Assembly (NCBI GenBank): GCA_950097015.1
Contig: CATNEN010000001.1
Coordinates: forward strand, 10,540,001 to 10,604,000
Source of the DNA: Macrostomum hystrix
Taxonomy: Eukaryota; Animalia; Platyhelminthes
Length of the DNA stretch: 64,000 bases
Direction of reading: 5' to 3'
The notes beneath the pieces were generated by a model that had not been told where the DNA came from, searched no databases, and saw nothing but the letters and a program-made list of their open reading frames with translations. The position numbers and the translations under genes are program-made. Within the stretch, counting starts at the first letter, position 1; each line of letters opens with the position of its first letter. This document shows positions 14,801 through 28,344 of this stretch, piece by piece.

Positions 14801-17800
14801 ATAGAGAGACACACTGAGAAATAGAGAGACACACTGAGAAATAGAGAGAGAGAAGACAGAGATAAATAGAGAGACACACTGAGAAATAGAGAGAGAAACA
14901 GAGATAAATAGAGAGACACACTGAGAAATAGAGAGAGAGACAGAGATAAATAGAGAGAGACAGAGATAAATAGAGAGGTACAGAGATAAATAGAGAGACA
15001 GAGATAAATAGAGAGAGACAGAGGCAGTCATCGAGTCAGACACTCGGATGAGGCACACGCGGGAACAGCTCAAAGATAAGTATTAGCAACAGAGAAAACC
15101 ATGCCAACAAGAGCATCAAAGAAAGCCAGGCTATAGCGGGTTCCGGTACAAAAATAGTTCATGTTATCGATGCGCATCATCAAGACAGTGAGCTGTGTGA
15201 CACTGCACAAAAAACTGCCTTACCGACAAACAGGACATCAACACTACAGAAAGGTTTGGAGTTAGCTTCGTTCGAAATCTAATTAGGCATTTCTTTTATC
15301 CATGCTGAACTACAGTGGTGTATTCACTAATTCTATTCACTGCCATTCACCAACTCTATTCCCTGCCATTCACCAACTCTATTCACTGCCATTCACCAAT
15401 CTCATTCACTGACATTCACCAACTCTATTCCCTGCCATTCACCAACTCTATTCACTGCCATTCACCAATCTCATTCACTGACATTCACCAACTCTATTCC
15501 CTGCCATTCACCAACTCTATTCACTGCCATTCACCAATCTCATTCACTGACATTCACCAACTCTATTCCCTGCCATTCACCAACTCTATTCACTGCCATT
15601 CACCAATCTCATTCACTGGCATTCACCAGTCTCATTCACTGTCATTCACCAATCTCATTCACTGCCATTCACCAATCTCATTCACTGTCATTCACCAATC
15701 TCATTCACTGTCATTCACCAATCCCATTCACTGTCATTCACCAATCTCATTCACTGTCATTCACCAATCTCATTCACTGTCATTCACCAATCCCATTCAC
15801 TGTCATTCACCAGTCTCATTCACTGTCATTCAACAGTCTCGTTCAGTCATTCACCAATCTCATTCACTGGCATTCACCAATCCCATTCACTGTCATTCAC
15901 CAGTCGCATTCACTGTCATTCACCAGTGGCATTCACTGTCATCACCAATCCCATTCACTTCCATTCACCAATCTCATTCACTGGCATTCACCAATCTCAT
16001 TCACTGGCATTCACCAATCTCATTCACTGGCATTCACCAATCTCATTCACTGGCATTCACCAATCCCATTCACTGTCATTCACCAGTCGCATTCACTGTC
16101 ATTCACCAATCCCATTCACTGTCATTCACCAGTTTCATTCACTATCATTCACCAATCTCATTCACTGTCATTCACTGTCATTCACCAGTCTCATTCACCG
16201 TCATTCACCAATCCCATTCACTGTCATTCACCAGTCTCATTCACTGTCATTCACCAGTCTCATTCACCGTCATTCACCAATCCCATACACTGTCATTCAC
16301 CAGTCTCAATCACTGTCATTCACCAATTCCATTCACTGTCATTCACCAATCCCATACACTGTCATTCACCAGTCTCATTCACTGTCATTCACCAATCTCA
16401 TTTACTGTCATTTACCAATCCCATACACTGTCATTTACCAATCCCATACACTGTCATTCACCAGTCTCATTCACTGTCATTCACCAATCTCATTCACTGT
16501 CATTCACCAGTTTCATTCACTATCATTCACCAATCTCATTCACTGTCATTCACCAATCCCATTCACTGTCATTCACCAGTCTCAATCACTGTCATTCACC
16601 AATTCCATTCACTGTCATTCACCAATCCCATACACTGTCATTCACCAGTCTCATTCACTGTCATTCACCAATCTCATTTACTGTCATTTACCAATCCCAT
16701 ACACTGTCATTCACCAGTCTCAATCACTGTCATTCACCAATTCCATTCACTGTCATTCACCAATCCCATACACTGTCATTCACCAGTCTCATTCACTGTC
16801 ATTCACCAATCTCATTTACTGTCATTTACCAATCCCATACACTGTCATTTACCAATCCCATACACTGTCATTCACCAGTCTCATTCACCGTCATTCACCA
16901 ATCCCATTCACTGTCATTCACCAGTCTCATTCACTGTCATTCACCAGTCTCATTCACCGTCATTCACCAATCCCATACACTGTCATTCACCAGTCTCATT
17001 CACCGTCATTCACCAATCCCATACACTGTCATTCACCAGTCTCAATCACTGTCATTCACCAATTCCATTCACTGTCATTCACCAATCCCATACACTGTCA
17101 TTCACCAGTCTCATTCACTGTCATTCACCAATCTCATTTACTGTCATTTACCAATCCCATACACTGTCATTTACCAATCCCATACACTGTCATTCACCAG
17201 TCTCATTCACTGTCATTCACCAATCTCATTCACTGTCATTCACCAGTTTCATTCACTATCATTCACCAATCTCATTCACTGTCATTCACCAATCTCATTC
17301 ACTGTCATTCACCAATCTCATTCACCGTCATTCACCAATCCCATTCACTGTCATTCACCAGTCTCATTCACTGGCATTCACCAATCTCATTCACTGTCAT
17401 TCACCAATCTCATTCACTGTCATTCACCAATCCCATTCACTGTCATTCACCAGTCTCATTCACTGTCATTCACTGTCATTCACAAATCTCATTCACTGTC
17501 ATTCACCAGTCTCATTCACTGTCATTCACTGTCATTCACTGTCATTCACTGTCATTACCTATTTACTCCTCACACTCCTCATTGGATTCACAGGTTCAAT
17601 TCTACAGTCCCTCACTCAATATTTGGGGCAGGAATCGATAATACATGAGCTACGGGCAGAGATCAAGCCAATAACATGAAAATGGCCTTGTAGCTCAGAA
17701 AAAAACATAAAGTCTAGCATTCGGCAATGATGTCAAATGAGGACATCAAGAAATTAAAAAATTCCGCTTCTTTAACTGGAAAATCTTGATTTGATTTTGA

Positions 17801-20800
17801 AAGATGTACTTTTATCTTTTAAATGCCTACAATATGAAATTCCAATATCACTTAAATGATACATCCGAAATCAAAAATCATATTTCGGATTGGAAATTCA
17901 ATTGGGCTTATGGAAATAAAAGACAGTACTTTAAGTGTGCAGATCAAGATGATTGACAATTGACAAAATAACTTTAGGATATACATAAGAATAGTTAATC
18001 CTTGTCAGTTACATCATCCTGAAGAACAGCTGACTAACACCCTGAAGAAAAGCTGACTAACACCCTGAAGAACAGCTGACTAACACCCTGAAGAACAGCT
18101 GACTAACACCCTGAAGAACAGTTGACTAACACCCTGAAGAACAGCTGACTAACACCCTGAAGAACAGCTGACTAACACTCTGAAGAACAGCTGACTAGCA
18201 CCCTGAAGAACAGCTGACTAGCACCCTGAAGAACAGCTGACTAACACCCTGAAGAACAGCTGACTAACACCCTGAAGAACAGCTGACTAACACCCTGAAG
18301 AACAGTTGACTAACACCCTGAAGAACAGCTGACTAACACCCTGAAGAACAGCTGACTAACACTCTGAAGAACAGCTGACTAGCACCCTGAAGAACAGCTG
18401 ACTAGCACCCTGAAGAACAGCTGACTAACACCCTGAAGAACAGCTGACTAACACTCTGAAGAAAAGCTGACTAGCACCCTGAAGAACAGCTGACTAACAC
18501 CCTGAAGAACAGCTGACTAACACCCTGAAGAACAGCTGACTAACACCCTGAAGAACAGCTGACTAACACCCTGAAGAACAGTTGACTAACACTCTGAAGA
18601 AAAGCTGACTAACACCCTGAAGAACAGCTGACTAACACCCTGAAGAACAGCTGACTAACACTCTGAAGAACAGCTGACTAGCACCCTGAAGAACAGCTGA
18701 CTAGCACCCTGAAGAACAGCTGACTAACACCCTGAAGAACAGCTGACTAACACTCTGAAGAAAAGCTGACTAGCACCCTGAAGAACAGCTGACTAACACC
18801 CTGAAGAACAGCTGACTAACACCCTGAAGAACAGCTGACTAACACCCTGAAGAACAGCTGACTAACACCCTGAAGAACAGCTGACTAACACCCTGAAGAA
18901 CAGCTGACTAACACCCTGAAGAACAGCTGACTAACACCCTGAAGAACAGCTGACTAACACTCTGAAGAAAAGCTGACTAGCACCCTGAAGAACAGTTGAC
19001 TAACACCCTGAAGAACAGTTGACTAACATCCTGAAGAACAGCTGACTAACACCCTGAAGAAAAGCTGACTAGCACCCTGAAGAACAGCTGACTAACACCC
19101 TGAAGAACAGCTGACTAACACCCTGAAGAACAGTTGACTAACACCCTGAAGAACAGTTGACTAACACCCTGAAGAACAGTTGACTAACACCCTGAAGAAC
19201 AGCTGACTAACACCCTGAAGAACAGTTGACTAACACCCTGAAGAACAGCTGACTAACACCCTGAAGAACAGCTGACTAACACCCTGAAGAACAGCTGACT
19301 AACACCCTGAAGAACAGCTGACTAACACCCTGAAGAACAGCTGACTAACACCCTGAAGAACAGCTGACTAACACCCTGAAGAACAGCTGACTAACACCCT
19401 GAAGAACAGCTGACTAACACCCTGAAGAACAGCTGACTAACACCCCGAAGAACAGCTGACTAACACCCTGAAGAAAAGCTGACTAACACCCCGAAGAACA
19501 GCTGACTAACACCCTGAAGAACAGCTGACTAACACCCTGAAGAACAGCTGACTAACACCCTGAAGAACAGCTGACTAACACCCCGAAGAACAGCTGACTA
19601 ACACCCTGAAGAAAAGCTGACTAACACCCCGAAGAACAGCTGACTAACACCCTGAAGAACAGCTGACTAGCACCCTGAAGAACAGCTGACTAACACTCTG
19701 AAGAACAGCTGACTAACACCCTGAAGAACAGTTGACTAACACCCTGAAGAACAGTTGACTAACACCCTGAAGAACAGCTGACTAGCACCCTGAAGAACAG
19801 CTGACTAACACCCTGAAGAACAGCTGACTAGCACCCTGAAGAACAGCTGACTAACACCCTGAAGAAAAGCTGACTAGCACCCTGAAGAACAGCTGACTAA
19901 CACCCTGAAGAACAGCTGACTAACACCCTGAAGAACAGCTGACTAACACCCTGAAGAACCGGAGTAGCAGGTATTCTATAAAATCTTTGTCTGTCAGCTG
20001 ATGCAAAATGTTCTTGAAGCTAAATTAGAATTATTAGCAACAACTAACTGGAACTCGCTTGCTCCAGGAACTAATGTTCTCAAAGGAAATATCGAAGGTA
20101 AATGGTGCTGCTAGCAGCCAGAGTCTGTGGTGTCACAGACGTGTTGGGTCAGACTGAATGAACAAAATTACTTGAGAAGTGCGGAATTAATTTGGCGATG
20201 TTAGACACGAGAGTATTGGACGACCGTGAGCAAATTTGAGTACAGCTCAATCAATAATTCAAAGAATGCATCTTTCCGAGCATGGCAGAGTGTGGGGTGG
20301 GTGGTTCCCGGTCTCGGTCGAATGAAGAGCCAGAAAATGCGGCGAGAAGTCGAGAAAAATTAGTGCGAACACGACTGAGTGAGTGAGAGAAGAAGATGGA
20401 GAAATTGGGATAAGAAAATATAAGAGAGTGCTAAAGATGGCTTAAGACTAATATTTGATGTCGAGTTGTACGCTGGAAAAAAGTGCACAGCGTTGCAGAA
20501 CTCACTCTTCTCGCTTGTTAAACTGAGTCTGCATACTGATGGTCGGCTCCTTCTGGCGAATTGTCCACAGACTGATTGTGTTGTCGGATGCAATCGAAAT
20601 AAGTCCGCCCTAGAAGCATTGCGAAAAAACAGCCCACTTAGCTTAGATAACTAGTGAATACAAAAAAGAATTAATAAATAGTTTACTTGCCTCATTAATT
20701 ATGAAGATGAGTTGCTTTACTGCTTCCTTGTCTAAGCTTAGGTTACAATCGACACCAGAGTGACCCAAACTAAAATGTGTGACAAATTTATATTTTATTA

Positions 20801-21608
20801 TTTATTTAAACATAAAATTTCTATAATTTTTTTAAGTTTACATATGAATCATCCAAGCAGGCATACATTCTTATAGAGCCATGCTTGGTTCCAATGGCGA
20901 GTAGCTTCTGAATCGGGTCAAAAGCAATGCAACAGGGCGCATTTGGAAATCCATGACAGACAATCTGGAATTTTGTAATTATAAAAAATATATTTCTTGT
21001 GTATTGTCATATGGAAAAGGGGTTAATGATATATATCTAAGCTGCCAACTTTAGTAATGACTACAACAATGCTGCTATTACAAATATTCTACGAATAATC
21101 TACTTAACAGTATTGAAATAATTTAAATAGCCATACTATAGCTCATACAATATATTTGTATGCTGAAATATTTAGCAGTAATTGTTGCATACTGGATAAT
21201 ATAAAACAAAAGCTTTTTTCTTAGCAATTTCTTACAAAACTATTTTAAGCATTAAGTTTATAAGATTCGCAATTTCCGATTGGATTCCACTAAATTAACA
21301 TAACTGCAATAAACTGCTTAATGTGAAAAAGTGGTACAATCATTACAACCTGCATAAAAACATAACTTTTTAAGCAAATAGTTTAAATTAAAATTACAAA
21401 ATACCACCTTATTCAGCAAGATTTAGTGTACTTTCGTTTTGATAAAACTTGTGAATACAGGCAAACTTACTTTTGCTATCTTAAAATCTTCAGACTTTAA
21501 ATTTTCCTCAAAGTCAAATGATTCCGTGTCAGACTTAGATGACTGAGATGATCCACCCAGGCCTCGAAGACCATCAAACATGCCTCTCATATTCTTAATC
21601 TTTTTCAT
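5900..21608 (-). CDS. STXBP5: Tomosyn / syntaxin-binding protein 5 (Lgl-family WD40), 5' part; exons approx 21608-21471, 20964-20867, 20769-20691, 20609-20506, 9264-9130, 7189-6921, 6286-6047, 5972-5900; gene probably continues past the left edge
   Basis: Spliced translation MKKIKNMRGMFDGL...EENLKSEDFKIAK|IVCHGFPNAPCCIAFDPIQKLLAIGTKHGSIRI|LGHSGVDC...LIFIINE|GGLISIASDNTISLW...|ISHAYLPFQSKFIYIGTTQGNVYILNIETFKLSG..WNKAI|..HPGSVVHLSECPSDQSRLLIGF...WHWEGRAFICSHVDGSL...|..AVAVLLQNDLVVIDL matches tomosyn N-terminal WD repeats; exon phases are consistent. Confidence 0.92.
6505..6893. repeat. 16-bp minisatellite CAATCAGTTGATCAGT
   Basis: Fills most of a tomosyn intron. Confidence 0.95.
7310..7592. 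repeat. 30-bp minisatellite GGGGGATTAGTATAATCTACCTGGGGATCT
   Basis: About 9 copies. Confidence 0.95.
8110..9035. repeat. 18-bp minisatellite AAATCTTCAGTTTATCCC
   Basis: About 50 copies. Confidence 0.95.
9423..10462. repeat. 13-bp satellite GAGAGAGTAGAGG
   Basis: Tandem copies; inverted counterpart at 10853-11752. Confidence 0.95.
10853..11752. repeat. 13-bp satellite CCTCTACTCTCTC (reverse complement of the 9423 array)
   Basis: Tandem copies with C/A variants. Confidence 0.95.
12407..15022. repeat. Compound GA-rich satellite (GAGACAGAGATAAATAGA / GAGACACACTGAGAAATAGA)
   Basis: 2.6 kb; source of the three spurious 830-900 aa ORFs. Confidence 0.95.
15335..17556. repeat. 23-bp satellite TCATTCACCAATCTCATTCACTG
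   Basis: 2.2 kb tandem array. Confidence 0.95.
18017..19959. repeat. 23-bp satellite CCTGAAGAACAGCTGACTAACAC
   Basis: About 84 highly homogeneous copies. Confidence 0.97.
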
Positions 21609-22027
21609 GACTCAAATGTAGTTTTTCGTCCTTCTGCGCTTCTTTAAACAAATGGGGCTTTTTACATTTCAATTATTGAAGAAAAGGTAAACTAAAAAAC
21701 AGTGCTTGCTTTGGTAATCGCAGGGCATTGAGAGCAACAAATAAGCGAATTCACAGAAAGTGTTCTTTTTAAATTGTGTTCGCGAAGCTAACAGGGTTAA
21801 AAAACAAATTTTAACAAAAAAATAAAATTGCTAAAAACATTATCGTGTGTATGTAAAAAAAGACTAGACTACCTCTAAAAAGTTTTTTTATTAAAGTATA
21901 GCATCTTAATTCATCCCAAAATTATTTCTTTAGTTTTAAGCGCCAAGTCAATAGTGAATATTTTCAAAGAAACGCAACGGTATCTTAAACTTGCAAGTGG
22001 TCTAAGCTAATACCAACTTGTCACGAA
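21609..22027. promoter_or_regulatory. Compact bidirectional promoter and 5' UTRs shared by tomosyn and PXK
   Basis: Divergent start codons at 21608 (-) and 22028 (+), 419 bp apart. Confidence 0.7.
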
Positions 22028-25000
22028 ATGGCACTCTTTAATACATCAGATACTAAATTATTGGATGATTATTACAAGCTTACTGTATCCATCGAAGGTA
22101 GCCAGGACTTAAAGGACTTCGTTGTAAGTAGAAAATTTCCTTTTCTTCTTGTTTAAATTTATATGTCCATTTTAGTCTTAAAATATGAGCAATTAAATAC
22201 TTAAGTCGTCTTTGTAGCTTTTTTAGTGACGCAATGAGTTGTACATGTAACTATCAAGCAATATAAACTGCGCAATTTCTGTTGTACATAGGTAGCTGAA
22301 TTAGCCAATAGGGGAATGTAGATGTGGATGGCGCAAATATATTTAAGCAGTGAATATATTGTAGAGAAAAGGGCGATCTTCCATCCCGTTGTGTCCAACG
22401 ACCACCATAACTAAATAAGCTACTAGTCTGGTAGTTGTTAATATTTTGCTAAAAATGTATACATTTTTCTACCTAAATGTTAATTGTAGCCAGCTATATT
22501 ATTTTGTTTCCTTATAGACACTTAAATGCATAGCTATAACTATATTAAAAGGTCTTAAAATAATAAATGTAATTTTATTGAGTTCTAAGCATTTTTTATT
22601 TTAAAACAATAATTATATTTCACAAAAATATTTACTTGCCTTTTACAACTTGAATCAACTTGTAGCATTTATTTTGTAAAGTTAGTTAAATGTTTGTTTT
22701 AGTTAATTAAGTAAAAAAGTAATTATTAGTTTAGAAAAAGAAAAAAATAAGGTTTTTTTGCATAAAAATGTATGAATGAAATCAATTTGAATGTCTTAAT
22801 GATATTGTTCATTTGCCCCCAATATTTGCCAGTTAAATTACATTTGTGGGGCAAATATTTTAAGTGTTTAAATTATTTGTTATCATCAAGCTAAACAGTC
22901 TATTGTTTGTTTAATTTCAATAAAATGTATGAGTTGTGTTATTTTAATTTGCTAGCTGCTTCTAGTCTTTTTAATATGTTTTATCAATCATATAGGTGGT
23001 CAGTTTGTTAAAACTTTCAGATGGACTTGTAAACTCACAATCAATTTTTTTTCAAAGGAGTACATACTCAAAGTCAACCGGGGTGACACTGACTCCTGGA
23101 AGGTGTTGCGCCGTTACAATGACTTTGTCAGTTTGGACAATGTACTAAAAATCGCTGGCTACGATCTGCCACTGCCGCCAAAGAAGTGGGTTGGCAATAA
23201 AGATCGAGAATTTGTTGCCACTCGTCAAAAGGAATTGCAAAATTATGTGAATGTTCTGCTGAGCATTCCACTGCTGGAGCAGTCACTTCCTGTGAAACAA
23301 TTTCTTGATCCGGACAATTACTGCTTCAATTATCAAGGTTTGGAGATTTTTAATTTGTGGTTTATCTTTTGTAATTAATAGTTGAACAAAAATAGTCTAT
23401 CGAATCGATAAATTACAGAGATATCATTGCAACACGTCTCAATGGTGCTCAGATCAGAGAGTACATTTAAAGTACTTCAACCCTGCACTTTTATGGGTGA
23501 GAACTAGCGCACTGGAGTTCACAGAAATTATTCGTCTCATCCGGCCAGTTTTATTATTATTATTTTGTTTTAACTAATTTTCAATGATTTAGGAACTAGG
23601 ATTCGAAAGACCTACTTCTCGGCAGAAAGTGCGCTAGCCACTGACAGATGCGAATACGTTATGACCTGGGTGAGATTGGCTTCTTTAACTAATCACTGAA
23701 TTAACTCAGTAATCTGTTAATCAAATAGTACAATGGCTTAAACTAATTTTATTACTTAGGTTGGCTATGGGCCGTTCAGCAATTTGGATCAAAAGGACAC
23801 AGCCTCTGTTGTGTCCTGTCTCACCTCTATTAGTGTAAGTTTTTCATCGGAATTATCGAAAAAAGTTAACATAAGCTTTACTTTCTACTTGAAGTAGATC
23901 AGTTCAAATTTTGCATAATTTCATTTTAGCATCCATTCATCTCGAATGCCAACATTTGCGGCGCGGTCAAGCACGGCTTCTACTGCGTTAGACAATTCGA
24001 AAGACAGGGTTCGATTCGCGATCTAATCCACAAAGTTAGCTAATTATACATTTGCTTTAACTTTTTTTCATTTAATTGATCTAGCCTAACCAAGCTAACC
24101 GTTGTTTACTAAATAATAAACTGTCAGACAAAGCCGAAGTCTGACTGCCTGCGCAAATACGGCAAACAGAAAGGATCCGGCGGACTTGGCGGCCTCGGGG
24201 TGCCGCAAATTCAAGCATTCGGCCGACAAATTCTCGAAGCTTTGAAGTTCATGCAATCTAAGGGATTCCCCTACGGTGAGTGGACTTGGCTGAATCAGTT
24301 TGAGAATCTAAACAGTTTTAAAACACCCGAAAAATCACTGTCATAACTAAATAAAATCGACCTAGATAGATAATCCAATCGGTCACCTGTTCATTTAGAT
24401 AAATAATCCAATCGGTCACCTGTTCATTTAGATTGATAATCCAATCGGTCACCTGTTCATTTAGATAAATAATCCAATCGGTCACCTGTTAATCTAGATA
24501 GATAATCCAATCGGTCACCTGTTAATCTAGATAGATAATCCAATCGGTCACCTGTTAATCTAGATAGATAATCCAATCGATCGCCTGTCAATCTAGATAG
24601 ATTATCCAATCGATCACCTGTTAATCTAGATAGATAATCTAATCGATCACCTGTTAATCTAGATAGATAATTCAATCGATCACCTGTTAATCTAGATAGA
24701 TAATCCAATCGATCGCCTGTCAATCTAGATAGATAATCCAATCGATCACCTGTTAATCTAGATAGATAATCCAATCGATCACCTGTTAATCTAGATAGAT
24801 AATCCAATCGGTCACCTGTCAATCTAGATAGATAATCCAATCGATCACCTGTTAATCTAGATAGATAATCCAATCGATCACCTGTTAATCTAGATAGATA
24901 ATCCAATCGGTCACCTGTTAATCTAGATAGATAATCCAATCGGTCACCTGTTAATCTAGATAGATAATCCAATCGGTCACCTGTTAATCTAGATAGATAA

Positions 25001-28000
25001 TCCAATCGGTCACCTGTTAATCTAGATAGATAATCCAATCGGTCACCTGTCAATCTAGATAGATAATCCAATCGATAACCTGTTAATCTAGATAGATAAT
25101 CCAATCGATCACCTGTTAATCTAGATAGATAATCCAATCGATCGCCTGTCAATATAGATAGATAATCCAATCGGTCACCTGTTAATCTAGATAAATAATC
25201 CAATCGGTTACCTGTTAATCTAGATAAATAATCCAATCGATCACCTGTCAATCTAGATTGATAATCCAATCGATCGCTTGTCAATATATAGATAATCCAA
25301 TCGATCACCTGTTAATCTAGATAGATAATCCAATCGGTCACCTGTCAATCTAGATAGATAATCCAATCGATCACCTGTTAATCTAGATAGATAATCCAAT
25401 CGATCACCTGTTAATCTAGATAGATAATCCAATCGATCGCCTGTCAATATAGATAGATAATCCAATCGGTCACCTGTTAATCTAGATAAATAATCCAATC
25501 GGTTACCTGTTAATCTAGATAAATAATCCAATCGATCACCTGTCAATCTAGATCGATAATCCAATCGATCGCTTGTCAATATATAGATAATCCAATCGAT
25601 CACCTGTTAATCTAGATAGATAATCCAATCGATCGCCTGTTAATCTAGATAGATAATCCAATCGGTCACCTGTTAATCTAGATAGATAATCTAATCGGTC
25701 ACCTGTTAATCCAGATAGATAATCTAATCGATCGCCTGTCAATATAGATAGATAATCCAATCGGTCACCTGTCAATCTAGATAGATAATCCAATCGTTCA
25801 CCTGTTAATCTAGATAGATAATCCAATCGATCGCCTGTCAATATAGATAGATAATCCAATCGGTCACCTGTTAATCTAGATAGATAATCCAATCGGTCAC
25901 CTGTTAATCTAGATAGATAATCCAATCGGTCACCTGTCAATCTAGATAGATAATCCAATCGGTCACCTGTCAATCTAGATAGATAATCCAATCGGTCACC
26001 TGTTAATCTAGATAGATAATCCAATCGATCACCTGTTAATCTAGATAGATAATCCAATCGATCGCCTGTCAATCTAGATAGATAATCCAATCGATCACCT
26101 GTTAATCTAGATAGATAATCCAATCGGTTACCTGTCAATCGAGATAGATAATCCAATCGGTCACCTGTTAATCTAGATAGATAATCCAATCGATCACCTG
26201 TTAATCTAGATAGATAATCCAATCGTGCAATTCGCATACGTCAGGTCACCTGCATCTCGGCAATGTGCTGGTATCTGAGAATGGCTGCAAGCTAACAGAC
26301 CTTGAGAACGGTCTATTAGGCCTTAGCTGTGCTTTGCGTCAGCGAGTTTTGTCATTAAAACGACTGCGCTCTTTTGAAGACATCGATGTCTACTCATTTG
26401 GCCATTGCCTGTACGAAATGGCTACTGGTCAGATGCTCACATCGTCCTTTGTTGATACGCACTCGTTAAACTGTTCGACTGATCTGAGTAAGTAATGAAG
26501 GATCATGTAGATTAGTTTTTTGAAAAAATATCTGAAACACTAATCTGAAATTACAGAGAACATTATTCAGTCGATTTTAACCGAAGACGCTGTTAAAGCT
26601 GGTCTGCCTACTATTGGAGAACTGCTTGAGAACCCGTGAGATTTCTTGTTGCTTAATACCGATTTATGTACAGATTTGTAGATGGTCATACTGATTAAAT
26701 GGCAGATGGTCATGACAGTGGATGAGCAGATGGTCATGACAGTGGATGAGCAGATGGTCATGACAGTGGATGAGCAGATGGTCATGACAGTGGATGAGCA
26801 GATGGTCATGACAGTGGATGAGCAGATGGTCATGACAGTGGATGAGCAGATGGTCATGACAGTGGATGAGCAGATGGTCATGACAGTGGATGAGCAGATG
26901 GTCATGACAGTGGATGAGCAGATGGTCATGACAGTGGATGAGCAGATGGTCATGACAGTGGATGAGCAGATGGTCATGACAGTGGATGAGCAGATGGTCA
27001 TGACAGTGGATGTCCTCTCCTCACCTTACAGTTTCTTCGCCTCCACCCCCGTGCACTACCTGGCCAAGCCGCAGTGGAAGATCGCAGGCCGAGCCAAGGA
27101 GGTCCTGACCGCCTACAAGGCCGCTCTGGAGTTCCGCCTGAGGGAGGACCAGCGCCAGCTGAGCCTTGTCAAGCGAAGGTCGCGAGCCGCAAACCTCAGC
27201 GAGGAGGAGAGACGGTCGAGACGGTCTGCCAGAACTACGGTGAGTGAACTGAATTCACGTGATTCATCTCGCAACCTCAGCATATCTTATAATTGTTTTG
27301 TAAATTTCATATTTTTTATTGGATAGAGAATTTATTTCAATTAATTTGCAGACTTCGGAAAATTCCGCCCAGAAAGCTACTGGTATGTGCATGATCGTTT
27401 TTTAGATTTTGTTAACATCTCAGGTTCTTGTAGAACTTTTCTTGAAATATCGCTGAATGCTCGTTGTCACTGTTCAGTCGCGTCTACCATAGTCGTATCA
27501 TTAGTATAGTTTCGATCGATTAAATTAGACACAGGCCTCATCACAGTATAAATCAAACAAAAACACCCACCTCACTACAATATCGATCGAAAAAACACCC
27601 ACCCCATTCCGATATCGATCGTAATTAAACACCCACCCCAATCCATTATCGATCGAATCAGAATCTTATCACTCTGATATAGATTAACTAATACGACACC
27701 CACCCACTGCAGTATCGTCCGAATTAGCCTACGAAAATATTTACTACAAACGCCACTCCAATATAAATTAAAATTAACAACAGCACCCAACACAGTCCAA
27801 TCCACTTTTTGATTCCCAACAATTAAAAATCGTTCCAGCAGTTAGCCAGCAGGCGCCGCCTCCACCACCGCCAGTTGCGCCGCCGGCGCCGCCGCCTCCA
27901 GAAATATCGCCGCTGGGAGACGCGGCAGGCGGCAGCGGTCAGGCCCGCGGCGCGTTGTTCTCGGATATAACAAAATTTCGCAAGGACGGTCTAAAAAAGG

Positions 28001-28035
28001 CGACCACCAATGATAGAAGCCAACCAGCCGTATGA
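22028..28035 (+). CDS. PXK: PX domain-containing protein kinase-like protein (PX + pseudokinase + Pro-rich + WH2); exons approx 22028-22123, 23058-23337, 23419-23496, 23593-23669, 23760-23834, 23930-24034, 24128-24275, 26245-26487, 26557-26635, 27032-27239, 27352-27382, ~27842-28035
   Basis: PX motif LRRYNDF..LPLPPKKWVGNKDREFVATRQKELQNY..FLDPDNY; pseudokinase FGRQILEALKF..GFPYGHLHLGNV..DLENGLLG..DVYSFGHCLYEMATG; C-terminal PPPP and WH2 RGALFSDITKFRKDGLKKATTNDRS; GT-AG junctions in phase. Confidence 0.95.
24362..26225. repeat. 33-bp satellite TAGATAGATAATCCAATCGGTCACCTGTTAATC in a PXK intron
   Basis: About 56 copies. Confidence 0.97.
26701..27012. repeat. 24-bp satellite GCAGATGGTCATGACAGTGGATGA in a PXK intron
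   Basis: 13 essentially perfect copies. Confidence 0.97.
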
Positions 28036-28344
28036 TGCTGACTTGGCTCCCATTTTAGCATTGTTGATGAAGCGAACAATTGATCAAGTTCAAACACCTA
28101 TTCTATGATTATGTTTTCAAGTTATTTGTTAATTTCATTCGGTTAAGTATTAATTGGTGTCTATTTGCCTTAAGTTGTGAAAAATCAAATTTTCACATTA
28201 GAAAATTGTCATTAGAAAAACTTGGAAACTTGGACACATAATTCATTACAATATGCTACATATCCCTTTACTTTAAATTTGTTTTTAAATTTAGTGTTAA
28301 AATTTCGTTTATGTGTACACACTAGATAATCCTATAGTTACAGG

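Noticed and set aside
12380-17648. Very long ORFs (897, 840, 837, 777, 571 aa)
   Set aside because: Translations of stop-free tandem repeats, open in several frames at once, inside a tomosyn intron.
18017-19959. CRISPR-like regular array (also 24362-26225, 1-762, 60996-61572)
   Set aside because: Units are contiguous with no unique spacers, there are no cas genes, and the context is eukaryotic.
24457-27001. Repeat proteins (DRLDYLSRLTG)n and (TICSSTVM)n antisense in PXK
   Set aside because: Unit lengths divisible by 3 give open frames by chance; no splice or start context.
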